DNA of 64,000 nucleotides from Octopus vulgaris (taxonomy: Eukaryota): NCBI GenBank assembly GCA_951406725.2, contig OX597816.1:122636001-122700000 (forward strand). Reading direction: 5' to 3'. The notes under the pieces were generated by a model. That model had not been told where the DNA came from. It was given only the letters and a program-made list of their open reading frames with translations, and did no database searches. Shown here one piece after another: positions 1 to 13,899 of the stretch. The position numbers and the translations under genes are program-made. Every line of letters begins with the position of its first letter. Positions within the stretch are counted from its first letter, which is position 1.

Positions 1-300
1 GACGTTTGTGATTCGATTTCCCGACTTCACTTATTGGTGGTCAAGGGATGAGTGACACGTACCTGAGTAAAGGATAGAAGTAATGCAAAGACGTAATGCA
101 AAGGAGAGTAAAGGACAGAGGTAATGAAACAAAGCACCCAAAAAATGGAGCAGGGGAAAATCTATGTTGTTACTTTGAGTCGTTGCCGTCTTTGCTGTTA
201 TGATTTTCGTTGTTCTTTAGTAACCATGATGGAATGTCTTATTCATTGAATGGCATATTCAGTTTTCCTATATCTGAGACCACGAATTCTCATCCCAATA

Positions 301-620
301 TGTGAAGGTGCATGGCTCAGTGGTAAGGGCATTGAGCTAATAATCGTGAACTTGTGAGTTCGATTCCTGAACCGGGCTCTGCGTTGTATTCTTGAGCATA
401 TGACTATATTTCATGTTGCTCCAGGTTCTGTCTGCTGTAGAAATGAGTTGTGGCGTCACTGGTGCTAAGCTGTATTTCCTTTCCCATGGACAACATCGGT
501 GTCGTGGAGAGAAGAGACTGGTATTCATGGACGTCAGCTGGTCGTCCATAAACAATCTTGCTCAGACTTGTGTCTCGATGGAGGACTTTCTAGGTGCAAT
601 CCGATGTTAATTCGTACCCT
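301..620 (+). mobile_element. tRNA-derived SINE (family C)
   Basis: A box TGGCTCAGTGG (313-323), B box GTTCGATTCC (358-367), then CORE-like GTATTCTTGAGCA..TATTTCATGTTGCT shared with the 13333 and 56728 copies; 3' end approximate. Confidence 0.7.
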
Positions 621-886
621 AAATGTGTCTTTTTAAATTATGCAGTTGGTTGCGAGCATGCACCATTAAGAGACCTAAAGAAGAAGAAATGAAACTGCCA
701 CTCTCATTGGTCATTACTCACTGCTATTTATTGTGATTTTAAAATAGAAAGTCCACAGAAGATATTATCTCAGGAGAAATACTGCAGTAGCTGGCTTATC
801 GACAGTGTTTATACAATAAATATAATATATGGGTGGTTATGTTAATTAAATACAGCATCAGCTGTCTATACCGGATACACACATAC

Positions 887-1395
<509 letters not shown>

Positions 1396-3346
1396 TATAT
1401 GATATATATGATATATTTATGTTCATCATATTGCAAAATATTTACTTTGTACTTTACGAAGTAAAATCATAATGGCAATTTTAGAAGCGTTAGTTCGTTG
1501 CCAAAGAAAAAAACTGCCATCTTAAATCTTGCAATGTCATTCATAGAAATGATTTCCAGCCAGATCAGATATTCCTTGCGATTGCTGCCCCACAATCTCT
1601 CCCTTGCACACTCAATTGTTATTCTATTGAAAATATTGTTAGTGAAATATTCAAATACCTATAACCGGAGATCATTATTTTCAGTTAATATAGATGTATA
1701 CAATATAGCGTTTTTTACAGTGCAAAAAAATATTATACTAACAAGAACAAAATGACGTATGTATCACGAAATACCATATATATGTATGCGTTTCTGTGTG
1801 TGTGTGAATATATATATATATATATATACTCCAATATGTGCGTAGGTATACTAGGTATACGCTTCTCCGAGTGTGCATGAGCGCGTTTTTGCGCATGTAT
1901 TTGTGTGTGCACATATGCATATACATATTCAAATGCATATGTTTACTCACATGCACACATGTATACGTGTGTGCATGCGTGCGTACGTTTGTGTGTATGC
2001 ATACATGTAAGTGTGCGTGTACGCACGCGAGTGTCTCTTTCATCGTTAAACAGGGTTAAATATGTCATAAACTGCTGGTAAGAATAATGTCAAATTTCCA
2101 ATCACTGATATCCCGAAATGAATGAAAATAACAAAAAGCAACATGCTTCTTTGTATAGTTCATGGGAACTAAGCCATATATATTTACCTGTAAAAGATCG
2201 ATAGCATGGAAAACTTTCTTTCTACCCTTGCTATAATGAACAGTACTTTCTAATATTCAAGAAAGCTCAGAAAATCCGGGGATACATAATTTCTAAGCCG
2301 ATGTGTTTGTGAGTTTATTCAGTGAATGAATTCCTCCAGCCAATTCTGTCAATCATGCGGTTTGGTACCAAATCATCCCAACCAATTAGTGACAGAATGT
2401 GTCATTTCTTCAGTCTTCTTGCTGATAGCTATGAAGTTGTTAATGTAAGGAACAAGAAGTTACCAAAATTGAATAAATATCGGATGACCTAGTAATCTCA
2501 CCACTTCGTCTTTTTTTTTATAGTGTACGTTACTCTCACTGAGAAAACAACGGGAGATGCACAAATCTTCCTACTTCGTCTGGTGGATTCCTATAAAATT
2601 CATAGTAAGGCTCAAGAAAAATGCTACCTAGTGTGAGATTAAGGCATTTAGGTATGAAATTAGATGAAGATAACTCCAGAGACTAGCAAGAAGGCTGTGC
2701 AGTATTTTCGAATGATGTCAAGACGATCCTAAAACTGAGATCAAATTGTTACGAGCTTTAACTACCATTGGCCCCTGCGATTTGACTGGGAAACTTAAGG
2801 TGGGAGTGTTATGAACGTGGTGTTTTGCCGAGGTATTTATGGATGAAAAATCAAAAATTGTGAGAACGGTAACGTATGCCAACAAATTCATATAAGAGTT
2901 ACTTGGTCCCACACCATGATTTATTGGAGCTGGTCTATCTACTACTACTGCAAAATCCCAACTCTTTAGTTGCCTTTAACATCAGCTCCACATGGAACCA
3001 GAAAACTCTTATAACAAAACTACGCTGACTTTGTGATCAGAAACATCTTGCAGAGGGTCAATTTTATTACTACGCATGTGAAGAATAAATATCGTATCCT
3101 ACCATCTAAACTGAACATTGTATAAAGCGTCATTCCGTTACAAATGCTAAGCTTCACCAGCACAAAGGATCTTTACTGGTGAACACCCATCTGCAATATA
3201 ACAAAGACTACATCATAAAAACTTACTTCCTCTCCAGAATAAGTATCTTTGCTCCTCGAAACTAGCTACTCTCTTTCCACCTGCAGATTTACTCGTATCT
3301 CCTTCCCTTGTCACACATGTTTTGTCCAACTGTAGGCATCGATATA

Positions 3347-4625
3347 CTAGGTTGTCAAGAAAGATCTTGTGAAATTTTTAATTTTGGTATTAAATGATGT
3401 ATTTTCAAAATAATTTTCGTTAAATTACTTTGACTTTATATATCGTTTTAAACCCACCCGTTTTTCGCTCTATCTAATCGTGTTACTCTTTTTTTCTTTT
3501 TGAATAACTAGGCCATTTTTTCTGGAACGTTGAATGCAACATAAACAAAAAGCAAATTCGCACAATTTTCTTATTCCAGTTCAAGCTAGGCCGAAAACCT
3601 ACTGAAACAGCTCGCGATATCAACGATGCGTTTGACCCAGGAACCACTAATGAACGTACAGCACAATGGTTGTTTAAGAAATTTCGTAGCGGTGACGAAA
3701 GTCTTGAAGATGATAAGCGTAGTGGTCGGCCATCGGATGTTGACAACGATCAACTAAAAGCCTTAGTCAAAGCCAATCCACGCACAACTGTTCGAGAGTT
3801 TGCTTCTGAATTAGACATAACGTATACGACAATTTCCAACCACTTAAAAGAGATTGGAAAAATAAAAATACTTGAGAAATGGGTGCCGCACGAATTGAAC
3901 GACAACGAAAAAGAACGCCGCTTTGAAGTGTCGTCTTCCCTTCTTTTATGCAACAAGAATGACCTGTTTCTCTACCAGATTGTGACTTGCGATGAAAAGT
4001 GGATTCTTTACGACCACCGGCGACGCTCAGCTCAGTTGTTGGACGCTGACGAAGCTTCACGGCACTTCCCGAAGCTAAAGTTGCACCAAGAGAAGGTCAT
4101 GGTGTCTGTTTGGTGGTCTGCGGCCGGTCTTCTCTATCACAGCTTTTTGGATCCAGGCGAAACTATTACGGCGGAGAAGTACTGTCAGCAAATGGATGAA
4201 ATGCATAAGAAACTTCGACAACAACAGCCAGCATTGGTCAATAGAAATGGATCAATTCTTCTCTACGACAACATCACGCAACTGACTCTGCAGAAGTTGA
4301 ACGAATTGGGCTACAAAAGTTTGCCTCATCCGCCATACTCACCAGACCTCTCGCCTACCAACTACCACTTTTTGAAGCATCTCGATAACTTCCTGCGTGA
4401 GAAGTTCTTCAAAAACTAACACGATGCCAAACATGCCTTCAACGACTTCATCGCCACCAGATCGCAGGATTTTTACGCTACCGGCATATATAAACTTGTT
4501 TTGCGTTGTCAAAATTGTGTTGATTCTGATGGTGTTTATTTCGATTAATAAAGTTTTATTTGAGCTGAGATATATGCATCTGAATTTAAAGGTTAAAAAC
4601 CGCAAGAACTTTCTTGACAACCTAA
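3347..4625 (+). mobile_element. mariner DNA transposon, Hsmar1-like (cecropia subfamily), near full length
   Basis: TIRs CTAGGTTGTCAAGAAAGATCTTG / CAAGAACTTTCTTGACAACCTAA flanked by TA (3345-46, 4626-27); ~1.28 kb; encloses a transposase. Confidence 0.95.
3541..4548 (+). pseudogene. inactivated mariner transposase
   Basis: One frame from INKKQIRTIFLFQFKLG through WVPHEL, TCDEKW, PHPPYSPDLSPTNYHF to GVYFD*; ATA at the expected start, stop at 4417-4419, in-frame loss of ARPH after the 2nd Asp, 3rd Asp changed to Asn. Confidence 0.92.
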
Positions 4626-6237
4626 TAATAACGAGACATAGGCCTTCCTTTCTAAATTATCGGCTAAATCTGAATTTCTTCACAGTAGTTTTTTTTCTGC
4701 TGCTTGCAGAAAATACTTGCAATTCTTTAAGAGGAAATTTAACCGTGTTGTTCTCATTCGTCTTGGCCTTTGCTTTCCCTTTTCTGCAATAAACAGCAGC
4801 ACCACTTTTCATTATACGATTATGTATATGTATGTATGTCTGATGTCTGTATATTACTATCTATGATATATAAAGACATACATGCACGGAATTATGCACA
4901 CACACACACTCACACGTCCGAGCGTGTGCGTGAATGTGCGTGTGTGTTAGTGTGTGTCTGTGTGTGTGCCTGTGCGCGTAGTGTATGTGTGTATGCAAAG
5001 GGTGTGTACATGTACATGTTTGTGTGTGCACGTGTTCAAGAGTGTTTGCCTCTTTTGTTAGGTGTTTGTTTTTTTGGTTGATATAAAATATGAAGCAGGA
5101 TAGATTAATACAACAAATCACGTTCCTCTGTTCAGGATATAATCAAATTATCTCCAAGAAAGTAATAGGTCTTCGGATTTATCTGACCTAAAGTGAAAAC
5201 ATTTGCATTTGAATTCGTTGAACAGCATTGACTCATCGTTTGTATACATATACAATTCGTATAATTTCACATTTGGCGTCTCAACTGTTACCAGTACACG
5301 CGTTTTATACAAAGGGGGTAATGAGAATGTTTGTTGCTACGTTTGAGCAGCAAGGCCAAGGTTCATGATTCTTGTATCAGGTTTATTAAATCAGTGTTAC
5401 TTCATTTAATAAGTGTTTAATAATTCACCGCTTGGTGCATAATGCAATAAACTAGAGCAGATGGCTGTCTCCATAGACTAATAGAAAACAAGGTAACTGA
5501 TAAGTCATTCGTATTTTGTTACAGATAGTGTTGTGTTTGTAGTAAAAATAAATAAACAAATAACAACGACTCGTAAAATGCTAGGTTCTCCAGATTATAG
5601 ATGAGCGGCGCATGTTGCAGCAAATACATGACGAAGTGCTTCATTTGACTGTAATGCTGAAATGAATTTATTTTGATATCTCTCAGGATATTTTACTCTG
5701 AACCACACGGTTGCGTAGTGGAGTTGATGCATTCCTACAGCTAAATGTGCTATGCGATTCTCAATACAAGTCTTGAGTGTTTCTTCTTGTTTAACCCAGG
5801 TTAACTCGAACAGATCTATTATCGGATTTGTACCAGCCGTGAATACCACATCGTATTTATCCAGGACTATACCGTGAAATATAACTTTACATTTCATTTT
5901 TAAGGTAGTAAGTTGTAATTTTAAAGAGATTTGACTACGATTCCTTGCAAGAGCTAGTTTTGAGTAAAACAGTGTTAGTTTTATTGTATTTTTTAATCTT
6001 CAGCATGTACAACATACACACAATTGGGGGAAAGTTTGTCTAACACAAATCTAAAACAAATGGTCTCTATCTACATAACACAACAGAAATCGAAACTAAA
6101 CTTAAAGCCTGAATATCCTGTAATACATAAAAGTGACGATTTTAAAGTTATATGGATACATAAGCATAACGTACTCTACACATATATAATCATTTATGTA
6201 TACATGTATTATGTAGTATGTGGTATGTACGTACGTT

Positions 6238-6274
<37 letters not shown>

Positions 6275-6559
6275 TATATGCAAGTGCGCGCGCGCCTGTC
6301 AACATGAAATAGCAAAGTTGTAAGAATGTAGGGCAAAATATCACAAATGCGATTGAAAGAGTGCTCAAATGCCATTGAAATCTACTTTGTCTTTCATCTT
6401 TGGAGTGGTGAATTGGTGAATTCTTTGAACACTGGAGGAGACGTCTTGTGATATTAGTTCTAGCTTTTGAATTCTGTATTTTTGGGTGCTAGATGTAATC
6501 CGTTGCCCAGTTTAATACCACCACCTGCTTTCTTGATGTCTGTAGCAGAATTCACTCTG

Positions 6560-7150
6560 ATACGAGCATTCAGTAAAGGACACTTGCTTCCGAACCACAT
6601 AGTTAGGGGTTCAGTCTTATAAAGCATTGTGAGTGGATTTGGTAGACGGAAATTGAAAGAAGCTTGTCGTGTATATATGTATATAAATTCATATGTGTGT
6701 ATGTGTGTATAAACATATGTGTGTGTGTATGTCTAAACATACATATATCTACTTGTATTTTTTTTTGTGTGTGCTTGCATGTGTATATACACCTCATTCA
6801 TACACACACTCACACGCACACAAGCTACGCACACAAGCTACGCACACTCGAGCTACACACATACACACACACACATACGTACACACAAACACATATGTTT
6901 CTCTCTGTGTGTGTATATATCCCTCTTCTGTATGTGTATATGTGGTGTGAGTGTGCGGCTGAGTACACCTTTGTGTTCGTTTGTGTTGTACCACTTGACA
7001 AACAGGATTAGTCTCTTTATGTCCTTGAAACTTATGTTCTGCAAAAGCGATCTTTGGAATAAATACCTCATTTAAAAACATTAATAATATGATCGATTAA
7101 ACCCTTCAAGGCGGAACCCCCGGATCAGCTGTAAATAAATCAATGAAACA
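6560..7150 (+). mobile_element. degenerate SINE family A with expanded internal microsatellite
   Basis: AACCACATAGTT..GGTTCAGTC..TTGTGAGTGGATTTGGTAGACGGAAA..GAAGCTTGTCGT head and TGAAACAAGTAAAAGAATAAAAGAA tail. Confidence 0.6.
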
Positions 7151-7623
7151 AGTAAAAGAATAAAAGAATTTATGTATTTCGAGAAAAGTGTGTTCTTGTT
7201 CTTGTCAGTATAACCTTCATTTTAACTGTGAAAAAACAATTGGTATTCTATATATTTGTTTCACATTTTGTCATGAAGCCAGCAATTTTAAGTGGAATGG
7301 TCAGTCAATTGCATCGATTCCCAGATTTTGGCAGGCGCTTTATTTTATGGAACCTGAAAGGATTAAAGTGGTAGGTGAGTGCAGTTGTACTTGAAATCAA
7401 TACACAAAGAATCGGAAGCATTTTGTCCGACTCCCTAACAATTCTACCAAATCGCTACCTTGCGATATCCATTAGCCGAAAGTAACGATATCTAGTTACA
7501 AGTATTAGTATATTGCACTGACAATAATCTCAGTGGAATATCTACATAAATTTACACAATGGAATGTATGAACCAGCGAACGTAAAATAAACAAATAAAT
7601 AAATAGATAACTAACTAACTAAC

Positions 7624-7666
<43 letters not shown>

Positions 7667-9319
7667 AAGATCCTAATCATTTCTGCGAATGACAACATTT
7701 CTGCGAACGACAAGATATAAGAAGGAAATAATTACCTTCGGCAAGTAACTTGCGATTCAATAATGAATAAAATGAGTAAAGAATAAATAGTTTGAATCGA
7801 AAAGACTATTGTTATCAGAATAGCATATTCCTTTACCGCTACTTATTTTGTTAATCAATCTCAGGGAACAAAATGCGATTTTGATATCGTTAACATTCAC
7901 TGACCCCGTCATGATGAAAATCATAATGAAAAGACGAAAAAACACAACGTACCAATGATGGAACTAGATAAAATCACATGTCCTTATAATCACAACCTAT
8001 TGTGTGTTAACTAAAATATATATTGAATAATCTAGTTCTACACATTCCTTTAGGATTTTCGCTGCTGGAATACATTTGATCTTTCGAACAGTGCTGCTCT
8101 GGTGTTAATATGATAGCAACGACAATGAAGAAACTAAATAATCGAATGCATATAGTTTGGTAATCTACAATACTATCGAACTATCTTTTATTCAATCACA
8201 TGCACCAAGGAATAATGCCATGTCTTTGTTATTGTTATTGTTGATGATAATAAATCTCAGTTTAGAAATTATAAAGTGGACTTGCTATCAAAGCAATCTG
8301 TCGTAACCGCCCCTTCTAATTTTCTTTTCATTTTTAGACAATATATGTGAGCATTCTTATATGAGAGGAATCCAGCTGCAAGTTTTAGCAGGTCAGCGAA
8401 CACCTGTCAAGACATTCACGTTCATATGCAATATGCATTTTCTTTCTATTTTTCTTTGTCATTGATATAATAGTGTTTTCTTTAATAACCATCAACGAAT
8501 GACAAAAACACAGAGGTTGGTCAATGACGATATAGTGTAGGATTAAGTAAAAAGGTATGTGAGGAGGAAATAAAATTAAAAAACACTTCAAACGAAGAAT
8601 AATTCTCTAATAGTGTAGACTTCCGAGGGCTACTCGTGGGAGCCCCACAAAACTTCGGTCATTTTGAAAACCGATGCAAATGTTCTCTCGTAGTTCTTCA
8701 ATCTACAGCTGCATGTTCAGAGTAAACCCATTCACTTGGACACTCACTCTCTACAACTTCACGTTCATTTTCAAGTGTGGGCTTGGTTAAAGGGGAATGT
8801 GTTTGTTCTCAACGTTTTCAGTTTTGTCTGCCACATAACGTTGGCACCAAAGCTATCAAAGACCAATGAAAGCAAAATAGCATAATTATATTTACATTGA
8901 AATCGGCTGATAGCTGGCCTCACCGTATACACAACAGGTGTAACAGCATTAGAATTAGAAAGCACACACTTAATGTATAATAAATCTAATTATTAATTAC
9001 AAAATCATTTTAGCCATCTAATTTGCGCCACGTTCATTTCTTACGTACACATTAATGCGTATTAGATTGAATGCAAAACGTCTATTTGGTTTGCAAAACT
9101 TTTCTTGCACGCAAACACGAACACAGATTAAAAGTAAAGGCGATTAAATGATATTTCTTCCCACACCGCAAAGAAAGATCAGCAGGAAACAGATCTAACT
9201 AATCATATAGAAACTAATGTAAATACTTCTAAATAGTTAGATGATTTGTCGGTTTCTTTAAAACAAACCTCAAACATTTAACGATAGTATATTTAAAGAG
9301 AAATCAGCATATATATATA

Positions 9320-10130
9320 TAGGGTGCGATGGGTAAATTGTCACAAATTTTATATTTCAATTTCGCTCATGTGCCTCTTTTGTTTATGATTTTGTCAACT
9401 AAACAGTATAGTAGGGTCAGTTGGGCACCGTCTTTGAGAAAAACTGCACCATGATGCAATTCACTCTGCCAGAAATTTGGAAACGACATTCTCTATTGCT
9501 TGGCATTTGCGCGGGAAGCTTTAATACGAACATTTCAGAGAGCTTGGGTGTCAATATGAGGACACTGCATATACCGAGAGTGATAAAAATCAAACATTCC
9601 GTCAACATCATGGTGTTTGAAGTGATCACTAGTGATAGCGATGTTATGCCTCCATTCATCTTTCCATACTGCCTCAGACTCAACACCAAGGCCTACATCA
9701 TGGACCTGGAGGGGGTAGTGCTGCCCTGAGTCAAGAGAGTGGCTTTTGGAAGACCCTATGTCTGGCAACAGGATTCTGCTCCATGCCACACAAGGAGGAG
9801 AATGCAGTCATGGCTGTCAGATAATTTCTGCGACCACATCACCCCTGACATCTGGCCACCTAACATCCCAGACTGCAATCTCCTTGATTATTTGAGATAT
9901 GACCGTATTGTGTGAGGTGCAGTTGAGTGAGAGACCAACAAAACTCCTTGTAGCACCAAAGATGAACTGAAGGCAAGGACTTTGGTAGTATTCACGAACT
10001 TAAACAAGAAGACCGTAAAGCGGAATTTCAGGAGATTCCGAAGTCGTCTGGAGGCCGTGGTTGAAGCCAATTGCGATTTTATTGAATAAATTTAATCTTT
10101 AGTATTTCAAGATATTTTTATGTAATTTTG
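9320..10130 (+). mobile_element. internally deleted maT (DD37D) Tc1/mariner relic
   Basis: One frame with stops: NIMVFEVITSD..WQQDSAPCHT..IWPPNIPDCNLLDY..RLEAVVEANCDFIE* (ends 10089); 37 residues between the last two Asp; starts after a TA tract; right TIR not found. Confidence 0.8.
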
Positions 10131-13100
10131 GTAAATATAACTTGATGCAATAATCAATATTATTCTTTCTGTGTTGGTCTTCATGTTTTAAAGTTTTGTT
10201 TGTACTTTACTGTAAGTGTGTGTGTGTGTGTACGCACACGCATGTTTGTATGTATGTGTATAAGCATACACACACACGCATTAATATAGGCATGTTAATC
10301 ATTTCGTTCAGTAGTTACGAATACTTAGCTAATATTTTTGTTGTATGTGTGAATGAAGAGATTTATATTGCAAGTATTTAAGCCATGGAGATCACTATTT
10401 TCTAAAATATGTGTGCACCAAAGACGACATAATCGTCCCTATTTGAATCCAGTCGGTTGTGATGTCAAGGAGACTTGATTAGTACTTTTAACCAGTCGAA
10501 AACCGGAGAATGAAGATTTGGTTTACTCGAGATCCTAAACTCAAGTGGAACATAAGACTAGGTCAATTTGAATATAATTTGGTGCATATTGCGCTTCTCG
10601 CAATAGTGAAAGTTATACATTTACAAGGTGGGGGGACAGTCAATTTATTCAGTCTCCATATTCGACTTGTATTTATTCAAGCCATCAATAAATTCTTTAA
10701 TTGACCTCATCAGCGGCTAGAAATAGCAGCTAATTTTTCTTATTTCATACATTGGTGTTTAAAATATGCCTGAAATAAACAAGAGCGTCTAAGTTGTGGC
10801 TAGTAAGCTTTTGATTGTAGGTCTTTTCAATCAGATTATACCGAAAGCTAAACAACAATAACACCATCAAGCAGGATTTATTTTATTTATCTAGCAAGAA
10901 TCAAAATCAAATTTGATCGTGTTGAGATTTGAACTCCTAAAGAGATCTCGAAACTACAGGATCTACCTCTTACCACCCTGAAATATCGTCATAAATATAT
11001 GAAAAGTTTTTCATGTCTATTTGGATTCCCTGATCAGTAAGTGGAGCCATGATTGTTTAGAAGCATGACAATATTTGAAAATATATTTTATTTATCTTCG
11101 TTTTTCTTGCAAGCGAATTGCAGAAACGGACGCTGATTAATGTATAGCGCAAGTGGAAGCGTCTATTTGGCTGTAAAACTTAATATGCTACACAAATACG
11201 AATATATGGTGTTTATATTTATTACTCTGTACACGTTATATTCGAATTTCTACTGAACACAAAATATTATATTTACGCAAGTATCGAGACGATCAGTAAA
11301 CACATCTTTCTCAAATCACACACAACTACTTAAACAGCAAAAGGGTATATTTTGTAGATAGTAGATACACGAAGAGGAAGGACAGGATAAATTGCGACGT
11401 CGCTGGTTCGTCAGAGGTTTGTTTGCCTGACATATGTATAGGCACTCGCACTGAACTGCTCATATTTGGAGAAACAATAGGAATGCTTTTAATTTCTATG
11501 GTCAAAGCAGTTTGATTATATTTGAAACGTTCGCCGCTTTTCGATAATCTACACATTAGTTTATAAGACAGTTTGGAGGCAAGGCATATATCAGTCATGT
11601 TATGATTAAATAGAACTCATAAAATGAAATTAGTTTCAAGTCAGAAAAAAAAAAATCAATATATATATTATGTTTCAGAGAGATAGAAAAGTCTGTCACA
11701 TTTCTTGTGTTGTTTATCACAGAAAATACGTCAATATATGTTTCTTAATGAGTTTGAAAAATACAGTATGGGTTTTACAAAGATTTATATGTATACTGTA
11801 TTGTTTATGGGCATGTATACACACATTCTCATACACGCATATATGAATTCACGCACAAATGCAATCACGCACACACAATTCCTCTTCTCACAGACACATC
11901 TGCACACACATACACTCTGGTACACATATGTGCATGCGTTGCCAGTTTGTGAGCATAAGTGTGTATGAAAGTTAGTCGCCCAGTAGTTAGCGTTGTTGGC
12001 TTCACAATCATTAGATCGTGGGATCAATTCACAGAAGGGGAGAACCTTTGACTCCCACAGACGCTCACCTCAATTCACGTTACTTTACTTTATGCAAATT
12101 AGAATGAGTATCAGTGACAAATGAAAAGGGGGAGGACTATCATCCAGTTCAGCAGGCTACTGAATTATTCTTTCGGTAATTTCAACGCCTTAAAAACCAG
12201 TTCTAATTGGCTAGTAGGTTCAAAACAGACTATAGCACACAAGCATGCGCACGCACACGGACACACGTACACGTGCGTGCACATATATATGTATACGTAT
12301 GTATAAATCACTTTTACTCCTTTTTATTGTAATTAACTAAACATGTATTTCAAATTGTATTTCAAATGTGTGCTTAAAACTTAGTGGCCTAGTTGTTAGC
12401 GTTTACAATTATCAGGTCGTGGGATCGATTCACAGAACGGGAGAACCATGGGCTCCCAGAGCCACTCTGTATGTATGCATATGTATACATATATACATAC
12501 CCATGCATACCACAAACATATTTATATGTATGCATATATGCCTTTTTACGTAAACATATTCAGTCCTATGAAAAAATTAAAAAGTAAATAAAGTAATTAC
12601 ATCACTAGTTTTATCTATTTTGGAGTAGACAATATGGAATCGATCTGATCAGTTTCTTATCTTGTTAAACTTTCATCAACGAAAGCATGTCATTCTTCTC
12701 TTCGTAGAGAGATATGAAGCTTATAGTATTTTTGTACATGTGCAGAACGCCAAACTGCTTTGATTAATTTGTAGAACAGTGCTAGTGCAGATAAAGTTAT
12801 TAATTCATTTGTTCACACTGAACTAAAGAATGCTTTTTCGATAATCTGCTAATGAAAATACACACAATAGTCTCCTGTCAAAAGTACTGATTACATCAAA
12901 AGAGTTATCTCCCACCGGGAAGAAAAAGTAGGTGGTTCTTTCCTGTATCTAATGTTCTTAGGTATTTATCGGAAAAAGAAATACTCGTCTTCTACCCATG
13001 AACTTAGATATCATTGCAGTGTATAAAATCATATAAAATCAATTAGTTAATCGGTATTGTCGGTGCCTGTCTAGCTATGTAAATTAATTGTTTACACTAG

Positions 13101-13332
13101 TGATTCCTAATCGGCCCTATCACACTTTGGGTGTGTTCGAAGACTGAAGAAGGATGCTGGAAGGCAAGAAAGGATGGGAACCATAAGAAAACAAAATGAT
13201 GAATGGTAAGAAGTTATGAGGGTGCAAGCAGCAAGAAATCTAATGACACTAATTAGTTGCCATTCGATAAACTGTCTCCAAAGTTAATGGCAGTGATTCT
13301 TGTTTATTGAATATTAAAGAAACATCTCGAAA

Positions 13333-13612
13333 TAAAATAATATATATCAATAGTGAAGACGCGTGGCCTAGTGGTTAGGCTGTTGCGCTCACGATCGCTA
13401 GATTATGAGTGACTGGGCCGCGCGTTGCGCTGTGTTCTTACACTTCATTTCACGTTGCTCTGGTCCCCCTTCAGATCAGAGGGGAATGTTGACCTGCTCG
13501 CCCAACCAGCGGGGTGACGTCAGTTGAAGGCTAAAACAATGCAAAAACGCATTGTGACTAGCGATGTGTAACAACATCTGATAGCCTGCTCGGTCATGTG
13601 ATGGTCACGTGA
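13333..13612 (+). mobile_element. tRNA-derived SINE (family C related)
   Basis: GTGAAGACGCGTGGCCTAGTGGTTAGG A-box head; GTGTTCTTACACTTCATTTCACGTTGCT CORE-like block. Confidence 0.65.
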
Positions 13613-13899
13613 TAGTGACAATATATTTTTCATAATATATTCTTATGAGTATAACATGGTAAATTCAAAGGAAATGCACAGCACTGCAATATTGAATATT
13701 TGTAATATGACTTATTACGCCACGTACTAACATGGTACATGCTTTGAAAAAGAGACTTTCTAAATGAATCTACTAAAACTTTAGCATTCGAAACGACATT
13801 CTCTATTGCTGGGCATTCGCGCGGAAAGCTTTAATACGAACATTTCAGAGAGCTTGGGTGTCAATATGAGGACACTGCATATACCGAGAGTTAATTTTT

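Noticed and set aside
2200-3340. Possible degenerate LINE endonuclease on the minus strand
   Set aside because: Only vague motif hints, no sustained frame
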